Positions 28,082 to 37,054 of a stretch of DNA of 64,000 bases are shown here, in pieces (positions within the stretch are counted from its first letter, which is position 1; each line of letters opens with the position of its first letter). The notes under the pieces are model-generated. The model did not search any database, was not told where the DNA came from, and worked only from the letters and a program-made list of their open reading frames with translations. The position numbers were made by a program, and so were the translations under genes. The stretch lies in the NCBI GenBank assembly GCA_003135055.1, contig PLDF01000473.1:1246-65245 (forward strand), given 5' to 3'. The DNA comes from Bryobacterales bacterium. Its GTDB lineage: Bacteria; Acidobacteriota; Terriglobia; Bryobacterales; Bryobacteraceae.

Positions 28082-28670
28082 GAAGTAACGATTCGATGTC
28101 GGAGGGACGAGCGAAATCCCTTACCCATTTCTGGCACTCCCTCTGAAGGCCACTCCAAGCCTGTGTCCAACTGGACACTCGCGATATCGCGCCGACACGT
28201 GTGCCGGTCGTTACGTTGTTTGGTCGGCCATTGCGACAACTGGCCGCCGGCTTGCATTGGATCGTCACGCGAGGGCTTGCAGAGTATCCGCTCGGCGTCG
28301 AGCCGGATGCTGACATTCCCATCGTTTTCGGCTATTTACTGCTTCTGGAACACAAGTCGGCCGGCTTCGACAATATCCTCGCAATACTCGCGCCGTCTTC
28401 GCTCTGCGAGAGTACGATTTGTATCGAACGCTGGAAAGGCGGAGGCTCGGCATGGACATAGCATGGACGGATGCGCACGAAAACGACCGGCAGCAGGGTT
28501 ACAGAAACGGTCTTCCGCGTCGAACCCTCACTCTCCACCGGAAACGCATCCAAACCCCAACCATCCTAACCGATTCAGGGAAATTGTATTGGTTGTGGTC
28601 AAAACTACGCCTTATGAAAACCTGCGCGACTTTTATGGAACTTTTTCATGCTGAGTGAGAACTTGCACGT

Positions 28671-28919
28671 GTGAAGGTTGCTTTCTCAGTTGCGGTGGTC
28701 TTATGGTTAGTGTTCGGCTTCGGAGCCGGGCAGACCAAAGCCGCTTCTTCAACAGTCCTTTTTTCCTCGATCGGCCCTGGTTCGGGAGGGATAAGCTGCG
28801 TCTATTGCGCAAGCCTCTCCTGGAACCACACGGTAACCGGGGCAAACCCGACGCTTGCCGTCGGCGTGGGGTCGGGAACAACAACGACGCGGGCCCGCCG
28901 GCATCTTACAGGGTCATAA
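28671..28919 (+). pseudogene. N-terminal fragment of a secreted repeat-domain protein (paralog-like of 29322..31349)
   Basis: 82 aa. A signal peptide is followed by SLSWNHTVTGANPTLAVGVG, typical of the N-terminal domain of such exoproteins, and then it decays into Arg-rich sequence. Confidence 0.3.
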
Positions 28920-28962
28920 CGGCGGGGTCAATGCAACGGCATGGCGCCCGAACGAAAGAACG

Positions 28963-29240
28963 TAGGCCTCGAGTGGCTACGACGAGACGATTCGTTTGTG
29001 GGACGTCGCCAGCGCCAGGACTTTGGCAAGCTGGGCTACTGGCGAGGGCGTATTAAATACAAATAGCGTCGTGTGGAGTTCGGAGGGTAAGACTTTAGCT
29101 TCGGCTGGTTCCGCCACTGTTCAGATCTGGGACGCCGAGAAACGCCAAATAATCGGCGGTTTTGAGTGTCCGGTTACATGCGTTTCAATGTGACATGGAG
29201 TCCTGATGGCACGACGCTTGCTGGCCTTCGTCTGACGACC
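28963..29240 (+). pseudogene. WD40-repeat remnant with frameshift
   Basis: SGYDETIRLWDVASARTLAS...SSEGKTLASAGSATVQIWDAEKRQ, then a stop, then WSPDGTTLAG in another frame. About two blades only. Confidence 0.45.
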
Positions 29241-29321
29241 TGATCGACTGCCAGCAACTCCCAACCCGGCGTTCGCGGGAGAACTTGTAGACAGGCACTC
29301 AATTCAAATAGAGAACAAGCC

Positions 29322-31349
29322 ATGAGGCAACTCAAGACTATGGATATCAAAGTGGAAATACCATCGGTGAACAGGTCGGTTACGAACCGCGCGGCAATGC
29401 TTCTGATTATCTTGTTGTCGTTTTCCGCCTATTCCCAAGCGCAGAGCCCAGCTCTGGTTCATTCACTGTCGCTTGCGGCTCCCGGTGAGGCGGGGAACGG
29501 GTTCAAGATTCAGTATGGCGGCTCGATGGGAAGCGGATCGCTTGCCGGTAACCTAATGACGCTAAGAATAACCGCTCCCCATGGTTCCACGATCTCATCC
29601 ATCACAGATAACCTCTCTGACAGTTACACGTTAGGCGTGAGCGTAGATAGCGGCTCGGGCGGATGGGTCACGGCGATGTACTACATCGCCGGAGCGCCCG
29701 CTGGAATCACTCAGATTACGGTCGCGTATTCCGCGAGCGTTGCCGATTGGCATGGGGCGGTTATGGAATATTCCGGCGTGGCAACAAGCTCGCCTGTAGA
29801 CGGCGCCTGTTCGAACCACTCGACAACTATAGCTTGCGGTACTGCGATGACCACCACAGCGACCAACGATTTGATCGTTGCCAGTATGATCGGACTCAGC
29901 GGCAACGGCATGATATGGCAAAATACGATGACCGGCGTCACGCCCGGAGGCAGTTTCTTCTTCGATGCGGCGGACACGCAATGCAGCGATGCCGACGCGG
30001 AATATGTTCAAGCATCGCCCGGCTCAGTGACGCCATCTTTCACCGCGACGGGAAATTCCGAATCCTTCAATATCGTGGGAATGGCATTTAAGGCAGCCGA
30101 CGCTGGAACCATTCCGACGGGAATGTACATCCGGCGTCAGCAACACGTACAGATCAATGGGGCGGCGAGCAGGGAGACCGTCTATTTCGTGTCGAGCGGG
30201 AATTTGCTTTTAGCGGCCACTGACGTCGGACCATCCACCAGCACCGTGACGATCGGCGGCTGCACACCGTCGAATGCTCTTACAGAGCAAACGAATGGTT
30301 CTCTCTATCCGCAATATTTTTACCTAACGTCGACGTCGAATCTTTCAACCAACTTGCATTGTACGGTTTCGACCACGCAGCAGGGTCAGCATGGAATCTT
30401 AGCTATCTACGATATTGTCGGGGCTGCGGCTTCTCCATTCGATGCGTTCGGCCCGGAAGGGTCCGGCAGCGGCAGGACTATTACGAACACTGTAACCCCC
30501 ACCTGGGGGCCTGGAATCGCGTTCGCTTCGGAAAACACTGGACTGGGACCAGCCACGGGAGTTGGCAGCGGCGGATTTATTTTCGACAATACTCCGTACA
30601 CGGGAGAGTCGGACGGCGGCCAGTTGAACAATGGCGACGGCTGGCAGCATCATTTCTACACTTCTGCGTCGGAGATAAACTTCACATGGACCCAAGCGAG
30701 CAGTACCTCTTATCTGCAGGCGGGCGCGATCGCATTCAATGCCGCAAGCGCCTCAGGCAGCTCTGGTACGGCCGCTCCAAGCGTTCCTACGAACCTTGCC
30801 GCAACCGCAGTCTCTTCCTCGCAGATCGATCTCTCCTGGACCGCATCGACCGACCCCGATTATGCGCCACGGCAGATTAGCTACAACGTGTTCAGGAATG
30901 GCGCCCAGATTGGAACCACCGGGCCGGGTGCGGTCACGTATCAAGATACCAACCTAACGCCAGGCACGACGTATATGTATGCCGTTTCAGCTTACGATCC
31001 GGCAGGCGACAATTCCGGCCAAAGCGCTTCTGTATCGGCGGCGACGCAGGCCGCCTTCGGTTCCACGCCTCCCACGGTCTCCATCTCTTACCCAGCCAAC
31101 AACGCCACCGTTTCAGGAACTATCTCCGTTTCCGCCACTGCCTCTGACAACGTTGGGGTTGCGAAGGTGGAGTTCTACCTCGACAGCGTCCTCCAGGTGA
31201 CGGATACCTCTTCCCCGTACATCTGGAATTGGAACACTGCTTCAAGCTCGAATGGCAGCCATACTTTACTAGCCACGGCCTATGACGCGGCGGGGAATGT
31301 CGGGACTTCTCCCGCGGTCGTCGTGACGGTTTTCAAACGTCGCCAATGA
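29322..31349 (+). CDS. secreted protein with two unrecognised beta-rich domains, an FN3 domain and a bacterial Ig-like domain (possibly truncated at C-terminus)
   Basis: 675 aa with a signal peptide. FN3: VPTNLAATAVSSSQIDLSWTASTD...YNVFRNG...YMYAVSAYD. Ig-like: VSISYPANNATVSGTISVSATASDNVGVAKVEFYLD. A degenerate further FN3 copy follows the stop. Confidence 0.85.
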   Translation: MRQLKTMDIKVEIPSVNRSVTNRAAMLLIILLSFSAYSQAQSPALVHSLSLAAPGEAGNGFKIQYGGSMGSGSLAGNLMTLRITAPHGSTISSITDNLSDSYTLGVSVDSGSGGWVTAMYYIAGAPAGITQITVAYSASVADWHGAVMEYSGVATSSPVDGACSNHSTTIACGTAMTTTATNDLIVASMIGLSGNGMIWQNTMTGVTPGGSFFFDAADTQCSDADAEYVQASPGSVTPSFTATGNSESFNIVGMAFKAADAGTIPTGMYIRRQQHVQINGAASRETVYFVSSGNLLLAATDVGPSTSTVTIGGCTPSNALTEQTNGSLYPQYFYLTSTSNLSTNLHCTVSTTQQGQHGILAIYDIVGAAASPFDAFGPEGSGSGRTITNTVTPTWGPGIAFASENTGLGPATGVGSGGFIFDNTPYTGESDGGQLNNGDGWQHHFYTSASEINFTWTQASSTSYLQAGAIAFNAASASGSSGTAAPSVPTNLAATAVSSSQIDLSWTASTDPDYAPRQISYNVFRNGAQIGTTGPGAVTYQDTNLTPGTTYMYAVSAYDPAGDNSGQSASVSAATQAAFGSTPPTVSISYPANNATVSGTISVSATASDNVGVAKVEFYLDSVLQVTDTSSPYIWNWNTASSSNGSHTLLATAYDAAGNVGTSPAVVVTVFKRRQ

Positions 31350-31505
31350 CATTACGCCAACGACGGTTCCAACCAACCTTTCGGCGACCGCAACCTCTTC
31401 TTCGCAGATCGGTCTCTCCTGGACGGCATCGACCGCCCCCGATAATTACGCCATCGCGGATCGGCTACAACGTGCTCAGGAATGGCGCCCAGTCGGGAAC
31501 GATCG
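31350..31505 (+). pseudogene. degenerate FN3-module remnant after the stop of 29322..31349
   Basis: The +1 frame relative to the CDS reads SNVANDITPTTVPTNLSATATSSSQIGLSWTASTAPDNYAIA, then shifts again to GYNVLRNGAQSGT. It is paralogous to 30775..30910. Confidence 0.55.
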
Positions 31506-31518
31506 CCCTACCGCGGCA

Positions 31519-33012
31519 TTATCGAGCTGAAGTAACCGAACTCTTGCTCAACGCCGCTTTAAGATTCAGATTTCGGATCAGGCGGTGAAGGTAGTTCGGA
31601 TGAATGCCCAGCAACCGGGCCGCTTCCGTATAATTGCCGGCGGTCTGCTGAACGGCTTTGAGAATAAGGTCTTTCTTGGATTCCTTCACGGTCTCGTGGT
31701 AATAGGTTCCGGCCGCGCCGGCAGGTTCGGTTTCGGCTAACTCTTCCGGCAGATCTTCCGGCAGAACCCATTCGGCGGAGCCAAGGACCACGGCTCGCTC
31801 GATGGCGTTTTCCAATTCGCGAATGTTCCCCGGCCAATCGTATTGCATAAGATAGGCCAGCGCGGCGTCCGAGACTCCCCGCACCTGGCGCCGCGCCTTG
31901 CGCGCGTGCATCCGCGCGAAATGCGACGCCAGCAGCGGGATATCCTCGCGCCGCTGTCGCAGCGGCGGCGTCGTCAGGGAAACAACGTTCAAGCGGTAAT
32001 ACAGATCCTGGCGGAACCCTCCGGCTTGAATGGCGGCTTTCAAATCTCGATTGGTGGCCGCGATAAGCCGGATGTCCACATGGATTGGGCGCGTGCCGCC
32101 CACACGCTCGAATTCCCGTTCCTGCAACACCCGCAGCAGCTTGGCCTGAAGGCTGGGAGCAAGCTCGCCCACTTCGTCCAGAAACAGCGTGCCGCCGTCC
32201 GCCACCTCGAGTTTGCCCTTCTGCTGGCCCACGGCGCCGGTGAACGCTCCCTTTTCATGGCCGAAGAGTTCGCTCTCCAGCAGGGTGTCGGTGATGGCGG
32301 CGCAATTGATAGCCACGAAAGCCCGGTCGCAGCGCGGGCTATTGCGGTGAATGGCGCGCGCCACCAATTCCTTTCCCGTGCCGCTTTCGCCTCGGATGAG
32401 AACCGTGGAATCGGTGGGAGCCGCCCTCGCTATGAACCTCTCCATCTCGCGAATCGCGGGCCCTCCGCCCACCATTTCGTGATCGACCGCGATCTCGGCG
32501 CGCAGCCGGCGGTTCTCGCTCTCCAGCCACTCAATCCGCCGTGCATCCTCCAGAACCAGCGCGGCGATTCCGCCGATCGCCGACAGCCACTCGAGTTGCT
32601 CGGGCTCAAAACGCGCCTGCGGGTCCGTGCTGTCGAGATAGAGCACTCCGCGGATCCGCTGGAAGACCACCAGCGGTACGCACAACGCCGCCGTGATCCG
32701 GTCCCCGCCCCCGCAGTTTTGGAAGTTCATCGCGGCCGAATCCCGATTTGAGAGCAGCGGCGCCTTTTCGCGAAGCACCCGATCGATGATGGCGCGGCTA
32801 TACCCGGCGGGACGATTCAGCGCCCCGCCGGAATCCCATCCGCATACCGACGCAAACTGCTCGCCTCTCTCTCCCAACAACATAATGGCGCCGCGATCGG
32901 CGTACAAGGTTCGAGAGATTATTTCCAACAGATGCTTCTCAAGGGTTTCGAGGTCGCGCGTGGAATTAATGGCGGCGCTGATTTCGAGCAATGCATTCCG
33001 ATCGGCCGGCAT
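31519..33012 (-). CDS. sigma-54-dependent transcriptional activator (GAF sensor, AAA+ domain, Fis-type HTH)
   Basis: 497 aa with an N-terminal GAF-like domain, [14 protein letters not shown] and the [15 protein letters not shown] loop, and a C-terminal [22 protein letters not shown]. Confidence 0.9.
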   Translation of the reverse strand: MPADRNALLEISAAINSTRDLETLEKHLLEIISRTLYADRGAIMLLGERGEQFASVCGWDSGGALNRPAGYSRAIIDRVLREKAPLLSNRDSAAMNFQNCGGGDRITAALCVPLVVFQRIRGVLYLDSTDPQARFEPEQLEWLSAIGGIAALVLEDARRIEWLESENRRLRAEIAVDHEMVGGGPAIREMERFIARAAPTDSTVLIRGESGTGKELVARAIHRNSPRCDRAFVAINCAAITDTLLESELFGHEKGAFTGAVGQQKGKLEVADGGTLFLDEVGELAPSLQAKLLRVLQEREFERVGGTRPIHVDIRLIAATNRDLKAAIQAGGFRQDLYYRLNVVSLTTPPLRQRREDIPLLASHFARMHARKARRQVRGVSDAALAYLMQYDWPGNIRELENAIERAVVLGSAEWVLPEDLPEELAETEPAGAAGTYYHETVKESKKDLILKAVQQTAGNYTEAARLLGIHPNYLHRLIRNLNLKAALSKSSVTSAR

Positions 33013-33026
33013 TGCCGATCAGTATA

Positions 33027-33079
33027 GCGCGCCGGATTATCCGAATGGTTGCCGTGCTATCCGAACGGATAGGCGCGCC
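33027..33079. promoter_or_regulatory. imperfect dyad, candidate activator binding site (UAS)
   Basis: GCGCGCC-GGAT-TATCCGAATGG (33027..33048) and its inverted partner TATCCGAACGG-ATA-GGCGCGCC (33058..33079). It lies 50-100 bp upstream of the -24 element. Confidence 0.35.
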
Positions 33080-33126
33080 GTCTTCAATCGGACATGAATC
33101 TCAAAAGGAATCAAGCACTTACAGTT

Positions 33127-33142
33127 TGGCACGCGCATTGCA
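33127..33142 (+). promoter_or_regulatory. sigma-54 (-24/-12) promoter
   Basis: TGGCAC-gcgca-TTGCA matches the consensus TGGCAC-N5-TTGCW exactly. It lies 33 nt upstream of ATG 33175 and is followed by the RBS AAGGAGG (33163..33169). Confidence 0.65.
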
Positions 33143-33174
33143 TTTACAGCCGCGACCGAAAAAAGGAGGTCAAT

Positions 33175-33597
33175 ATGAAGAACCGGGTTGCTCAACTTCT
33201 CAGCGTCGGAATCGCGTTGGCGGCAGTGGCTGCCGTTCATGCGCAAGACAAAACCATGATGGCCAATGTGCCGTTCCACTTCTACGTAGGCTCCAGCCTG
33301 ATGCCGCAGGGCGCTTACCGGGTCGGTGAAATTTCGAGCGGCACGGTGGTGCGGATCAGCTCGACGCAGACAAACGCCTCCAGTGCCGTGACCAGCCTCA
33401 AGGTTATGGGCAAGGAACTGAACGAGCCGGCAAGGCTGGTATTCCACCGCTACGGCGAAGACTATTTCCTGGCCCAGATCTGGACGGGCGGCATGCCGGT
33501 TGGGCGGGCCCTCACCTGTTCGCCGCGTGAAAAGGAGTTGGCGCAAAGCGGCGCGGCGCCAACCCTGGCGGTGATCCGGATCGCTCTGCACCAGTGA
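33175..33597 (+). CDS. small secreted protein of an uncharacterised family
   Basis: 140 aa with the signal peptide AVAAVHAQ. The core is VPFHFYVGSSLMPQGAYRV...LVFHRYGEDYFLAQIWTGG. Strong RBS. The ORF-track start at 33094 is an upstream extension. Confidence 0.75.
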   Translation: MKNRVAQLLSVGIALAAVAAVHAQDKTMMANVPFHFYVGSSLMPQGAYRVGEISSGTVVRISSTQTNASSAVTSLKVMGKELNEPARLVFHRYGEDYFLAQIWTGGMPVGRALTCSPREKELAQSGAAPTLAVIRIALHQ

Positions 33598-33885
33598 CCG
33601 CCAGCGGCCGGTCCGCTCGGCGGCGGCCTTCGGCCGCACGTCGATTCTCCGCGGTTGAGAAGCGATTTGGAGTGGCGCCGCCCACAGCGCGGGATCGCGG
33701 TCCCAGGGAGTATGACTCTCGGCCCGCGATCCCGCTTTTCGCAGGACCGGCTCGAAAACCCGGGTGCGGCAGGCGTCACTTGCCTCACCCGCACGACCGC
33801 ATTGCAGCCACGCCTCTTCTCACTCCTCGGCCTCCGGCAATTCGTCCCTGACGCCCGTTAGGTCATACCGGGCATTCTCCCCGCC

Positions 33886-34233
33886 TCAATCGGCGCAAAT
33901 TTCGAGCCGGTGCGCGCAGAAAAGCGGCGGACGGCGCCGGGCTACGAGGGCGAAGTTGTGACGACTGCCCGCAGCGGCGACTACGGATTGTAACTGCTTC
34001 GCCAGAGCCTCCACGTCGAAATGGCCGATCGATCCATTCCAGGTATCGACGCTCATGGTCAGCTTATTGACGCGCGCCTGCCAATCGGCCAGGTAGTGCG
34101 TCATCACGCCCCACTTCGCCTCCTGCATCCAGTCCGCGCGATGCTGCGCCATTGCCGGCGCGGGGATCGCGAGTAACAACGTGAGTAACGACGCGAATGA
34201 CAACGCGAATGACAACGCCGCTCGATACCGCAT
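33886..34233 (-). pseudogene. N-terminal fragment of a secreted glycoside-hydrolase-like (fucosidase-like) protein
   Basis: A signal peptide is followed by RADWMQEAKWGVMTHYLADW...FDVEALAKQLQSV, then nonsense sequence and a stop after ~115 aa. Family call weak. Confidence 0.3.
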
Positions 34234-34240
34234 ACTCACC

Positions 34241-35008
34241 TCACCTGGCGCGAAGCGCGTCGATATCGCGCACAATGTAGTCGATCTCCGCCTTGGCGAT
34301 CTTCTCACCCTTGGCCCGGGTGGCGAGCGTGGCGTCGCCATAAATTCCGCTGGGCGAATAGCCCGCGCCATCCGGGTCCTTCCACTGCAACGGGCTGCCC
34401 CGGGGAAAATCCTTCGCCGCCAGCTTCATATTGACGCTCTCCGGAGCAATATACAGCATTTCGGATGTCTCGATCTCGTCGGCGTGCGTGCCCTCTTTTT
34501 CCTGCTTGATTTCGCTCTCTACGGCGGCGTCCGCCTTGAGCAGATCCGTGTAGCGGAGCGTGATTCCATTCTTCGCCAGTTCGGCAACGGCGGCTTCGAG
34601 AGGCCGCACGGTGGAGACGCCGGTGTTCAGAACGTAGAAGCGGCGCGGGCCGAAGCGGGCGAGGCCGCGGCAGATATCCACTACCAGATCGCGCGCGGTT
34701 TCGAACCGCAGCGACGTGGCGCCGGGGTAATCGACGAAGGCCGGATAGAAATGGTAGTTGATGGTGGGCGCGACTACTACGGCGGTGCGCTGCATCACCT
34801 GGTTAGCGAGAAATTCGGCCATCAGGCGGTCGTTCGAGAGCTTGAGGTGCGGGCCGTGTTCTTTAGACTCCGCGCCCAGCGGAATCATGACCACGGCGCC
34901 GGGTTTTAGCGCATCGCCAGCCTCTTTCCAGGAGAGATCGGCGAGACGGACGCTACGCGGTTGGGCAAAGCAGGCGCCGGTTAAGGCGAGGATCAGGGTG
35001 ACGCGCAT
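34241..35008 (-). CDS. creatininase-family amidohydrolase (secreted)
   Basis: 255 aa. PLGAESKEHGPHLKLSND, TINYHFYPAFVDYPG, GTHADEIETSEML are creatininase/MftE-type metal-binding motifs. An N-terminal signal peptide is present. Confidence 0.85.
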   Translation of the reverse strand: MRVTLILALTGACFAQPRSVRLADLSWKEAGDALKPGAVVMIPLGAESKEHGPHLKLSNDRLMAEFLANQVMQRTAVVVAPTINYHFYPAFVDYPGATSLRFETARDLVVDICRGLARFGPRRFYVLNTGVSTVRPLEAAVAELAKNGITLRYTDLLKADAAVESEIKQEKEGTHADEIETSEMLYIAPESVNMKLAAKDFPRGSPLQWKDPDGAGYSPSGIYGDATLATRAKGEKIAKAEIDYIVRDIDALRAR

Positions 35009-35066
35009 TGTGTCCGATAGTCTACAACGGCTGCGGGCGGGGGCTGAGGCGATGTGGAACGAATTG

Positions 35067-35330
35067 TCACTCGTTTCTCAGAGCCTTCAATGGGTCGAGA
35101 CGAGCGGCGTGGCGTGCCGGAAAGTAGCCGGCAAAGGCCGCGAGACAGACGATCAGCAAGGCCATCGCGGCGATGGTTGGCGGATCGTTCGGTTGAAGGC
35201 CGAAGAGCGGCGTAGAGAATGACGGCACCAGCTTCGCGCACAAAAGCGCTATGGGAATTCCTACGATTGCGCCGGTCGCGGCGATCAGTATCGCCTGGCG
35301 AACAATCATCCAGGGCACATCCGCCGGCTG
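35067..35330 (-). pseudogene. C-terminal fragment of an FtsX/MacB-like permease
   Basis: Only the last two TM helices and the terminal motif are present (YFPARHAARLDPLKALRNE). Upstream sequence in the ORF is Arg-rich nonsense. Confidence 0.6.
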
Positions 35331-35795
35331 GACGAGAACCGTGAAGGAAGCAAGAGAGATCGGACCCGCGGCCGGCCGGGAACGTACTGTCATCGCGTAC
35401 ACTACTGTACCCGCACGGCCTTCGTGGCGATGGCCGCGGTCGCCGCGATGCCGGGGCCGGCGCGCCGGCTTTGCCGCATGCCGTTTTAGGAGACATTCCA
35501 CTTAGGGGTAGACGAATTATCGAGCCGCCCGGTTAGCCTTTGGTTAGCGGGCCGGCGGGCCGGACAACCTTGCACAATCGAAGGTCTCGGCGTGGTTACG
35601 ATTCGGCGGCGCTCGGGTTTAACCGGGCATGGTGTGTGGCAACCGCGCGGACCGTGGCGAGGCCATGGTCTGCCCAGTCCCGAGCCGCTCCCAGCGCTCG
35701 GCCTTTCGGGGATCGACCTTTGATTCGCTTCACCTGGACTGGCGATGGCTCCGTCCCACGACTTGCGAAAAACGAGTAGCATTATGCTTTAACCT

Positions 35796-35820
35796 GGACA
35801 GGCCGGGAGGCCTGTCCTAC
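35796..35820 (-). repeat. REP-like hairpin with GTAG head
   Basis: GGACAGGCC-GGGA-GGCCTGTCC-TAC. The reverse complement reads GTAGGACAGGCC..., as at 49479..49502. Confidence 0.7.
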
Positions 35821-35822
35821 AT

Positions 35823-37054
35823 ATGCTTGGCATTAGAGACAATCTGTGGCTCGCCTTCGATGCCGTCCGCGCGCATAAGCTCCGGGCGGCGTTGACGGGT
35901 CTTGGCCTGACCATGGGCGTCGCCACCCTGATCACGGTGATGACGCTCGTGCAGGGCGCCAATCTCTATGTCGAGCAGAAGATCGCCAATTTGGGGACCA
36001 ACGTTTTCCGGCTCGCCAAGACTCCCTTCGCAGTCGTCGATTTCACGGTGGTCGTGAAATCGCTCAAGAACAAGAACATCGATATCTCGGACTATCAGGC
36101 TGTAGCCGATCTCTGCAAGTCGTGCGAAGAAGTGGGCGCCTCCGCCAGCGGACGCTTTCGTTGCAGTATGGGAATAAGCAGGCGGACGACACTTCCATCA
36201 TCGGGTATACCCCCGGCATGGCGGATATCGACACGCGCACGCTGGACCTCGGGCGCTACTTCACTCCGGGCGAAGACAGACATGCGGCGTATGTCTGCCT
36301 CATCGGCGCCTCGCTGGCCGATCAGTTCTTTCCCGACGTGAACCCGATCGGCCGCAACATTCGCACCGGAAGCCTGGAATTCACGGTCATCGGGACGTTT
36401 CAGAAGCTTGGTTCCGTGCTGGGCCAGGATCAGGACAATTTCGTAATTATTCCGCTTACGACTTATCTGAAAGTTCGAGGCTCGCGGTCCAGCCTGACTC
36501 TCGAAATCAAAGCCTCCGGCGGAGAGCAAACCTTCAATGCCGCGCAGGACGAGGCGCGCGTCATCATGCGGTCGCGCCGTCATGACGCCCCCGGCAAGGA
36601 AGATAGTTTCTTTATCGGCACGTCGCAAAGTTACATCGCGCTGTGGCAGAGCATCAGCGGCTCGTTCTTCGCGGTATTCGTGATGGTGAGTTCCATCTCG
36701 GCGGTGGTGGGCGGAATTGTCATCATGAACGTGATGCTGGTCAGCGTAACCCAGCGCACGCGCGAGATTGGCGTGCGCCGTGCCATGGGCGCGACGCGGT
36801 CCGATATTCTGCGCCAGTTTCTCGCTGAAAGCCTGCTGCAATGCCTGATCGGCGGGGCGATCGGCATCGCGATCGGCTTCGGATGCGCTCTCGCACTGCG
36901 TACTCTGACGTCGTTTCCGGCCTCCGTGAAGACCTGGGTCGCGCTGCTCGGCGTTGTCCTCAGTTCGGCGATCGGGCTGTTCTTCGGAATCTATCCGGCG
37001 CGGAAAGCGTCCCGTCTCGATCCCGTGACCGCGCTCAGAACGGAGACCGGATGA
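35823..37054 (+). pseudogene. MacB/FtsX-like permease interrupted by a single-base frameshift near 36150
   Basis: ORF 35823..36341 covers the N-terminal TM helix and the start of the PCD. ORF 36122..37054 covers the rest, including VTQRTREIGVRRAMGATRSDI...ASRLDPVTALRTE. The join reads ...EEVGASASG|TLSLQYGNKQ if one A is restored in GCGGA-CGC. Confidence 0.75.

Noticed and set aside
36841-37050. N-terminal 70-aa extension of the permease ORF. Similar extensions at 46384..46527, 49119..49556, 40006..40215, 33094..33174, 41800..42018 and 26753..26842
   Set aside because: The extensions overlap upstream genes or repeats and are Arg-rich. They are followed by an internal start with an RBS and/or a family-typical N-terminus.
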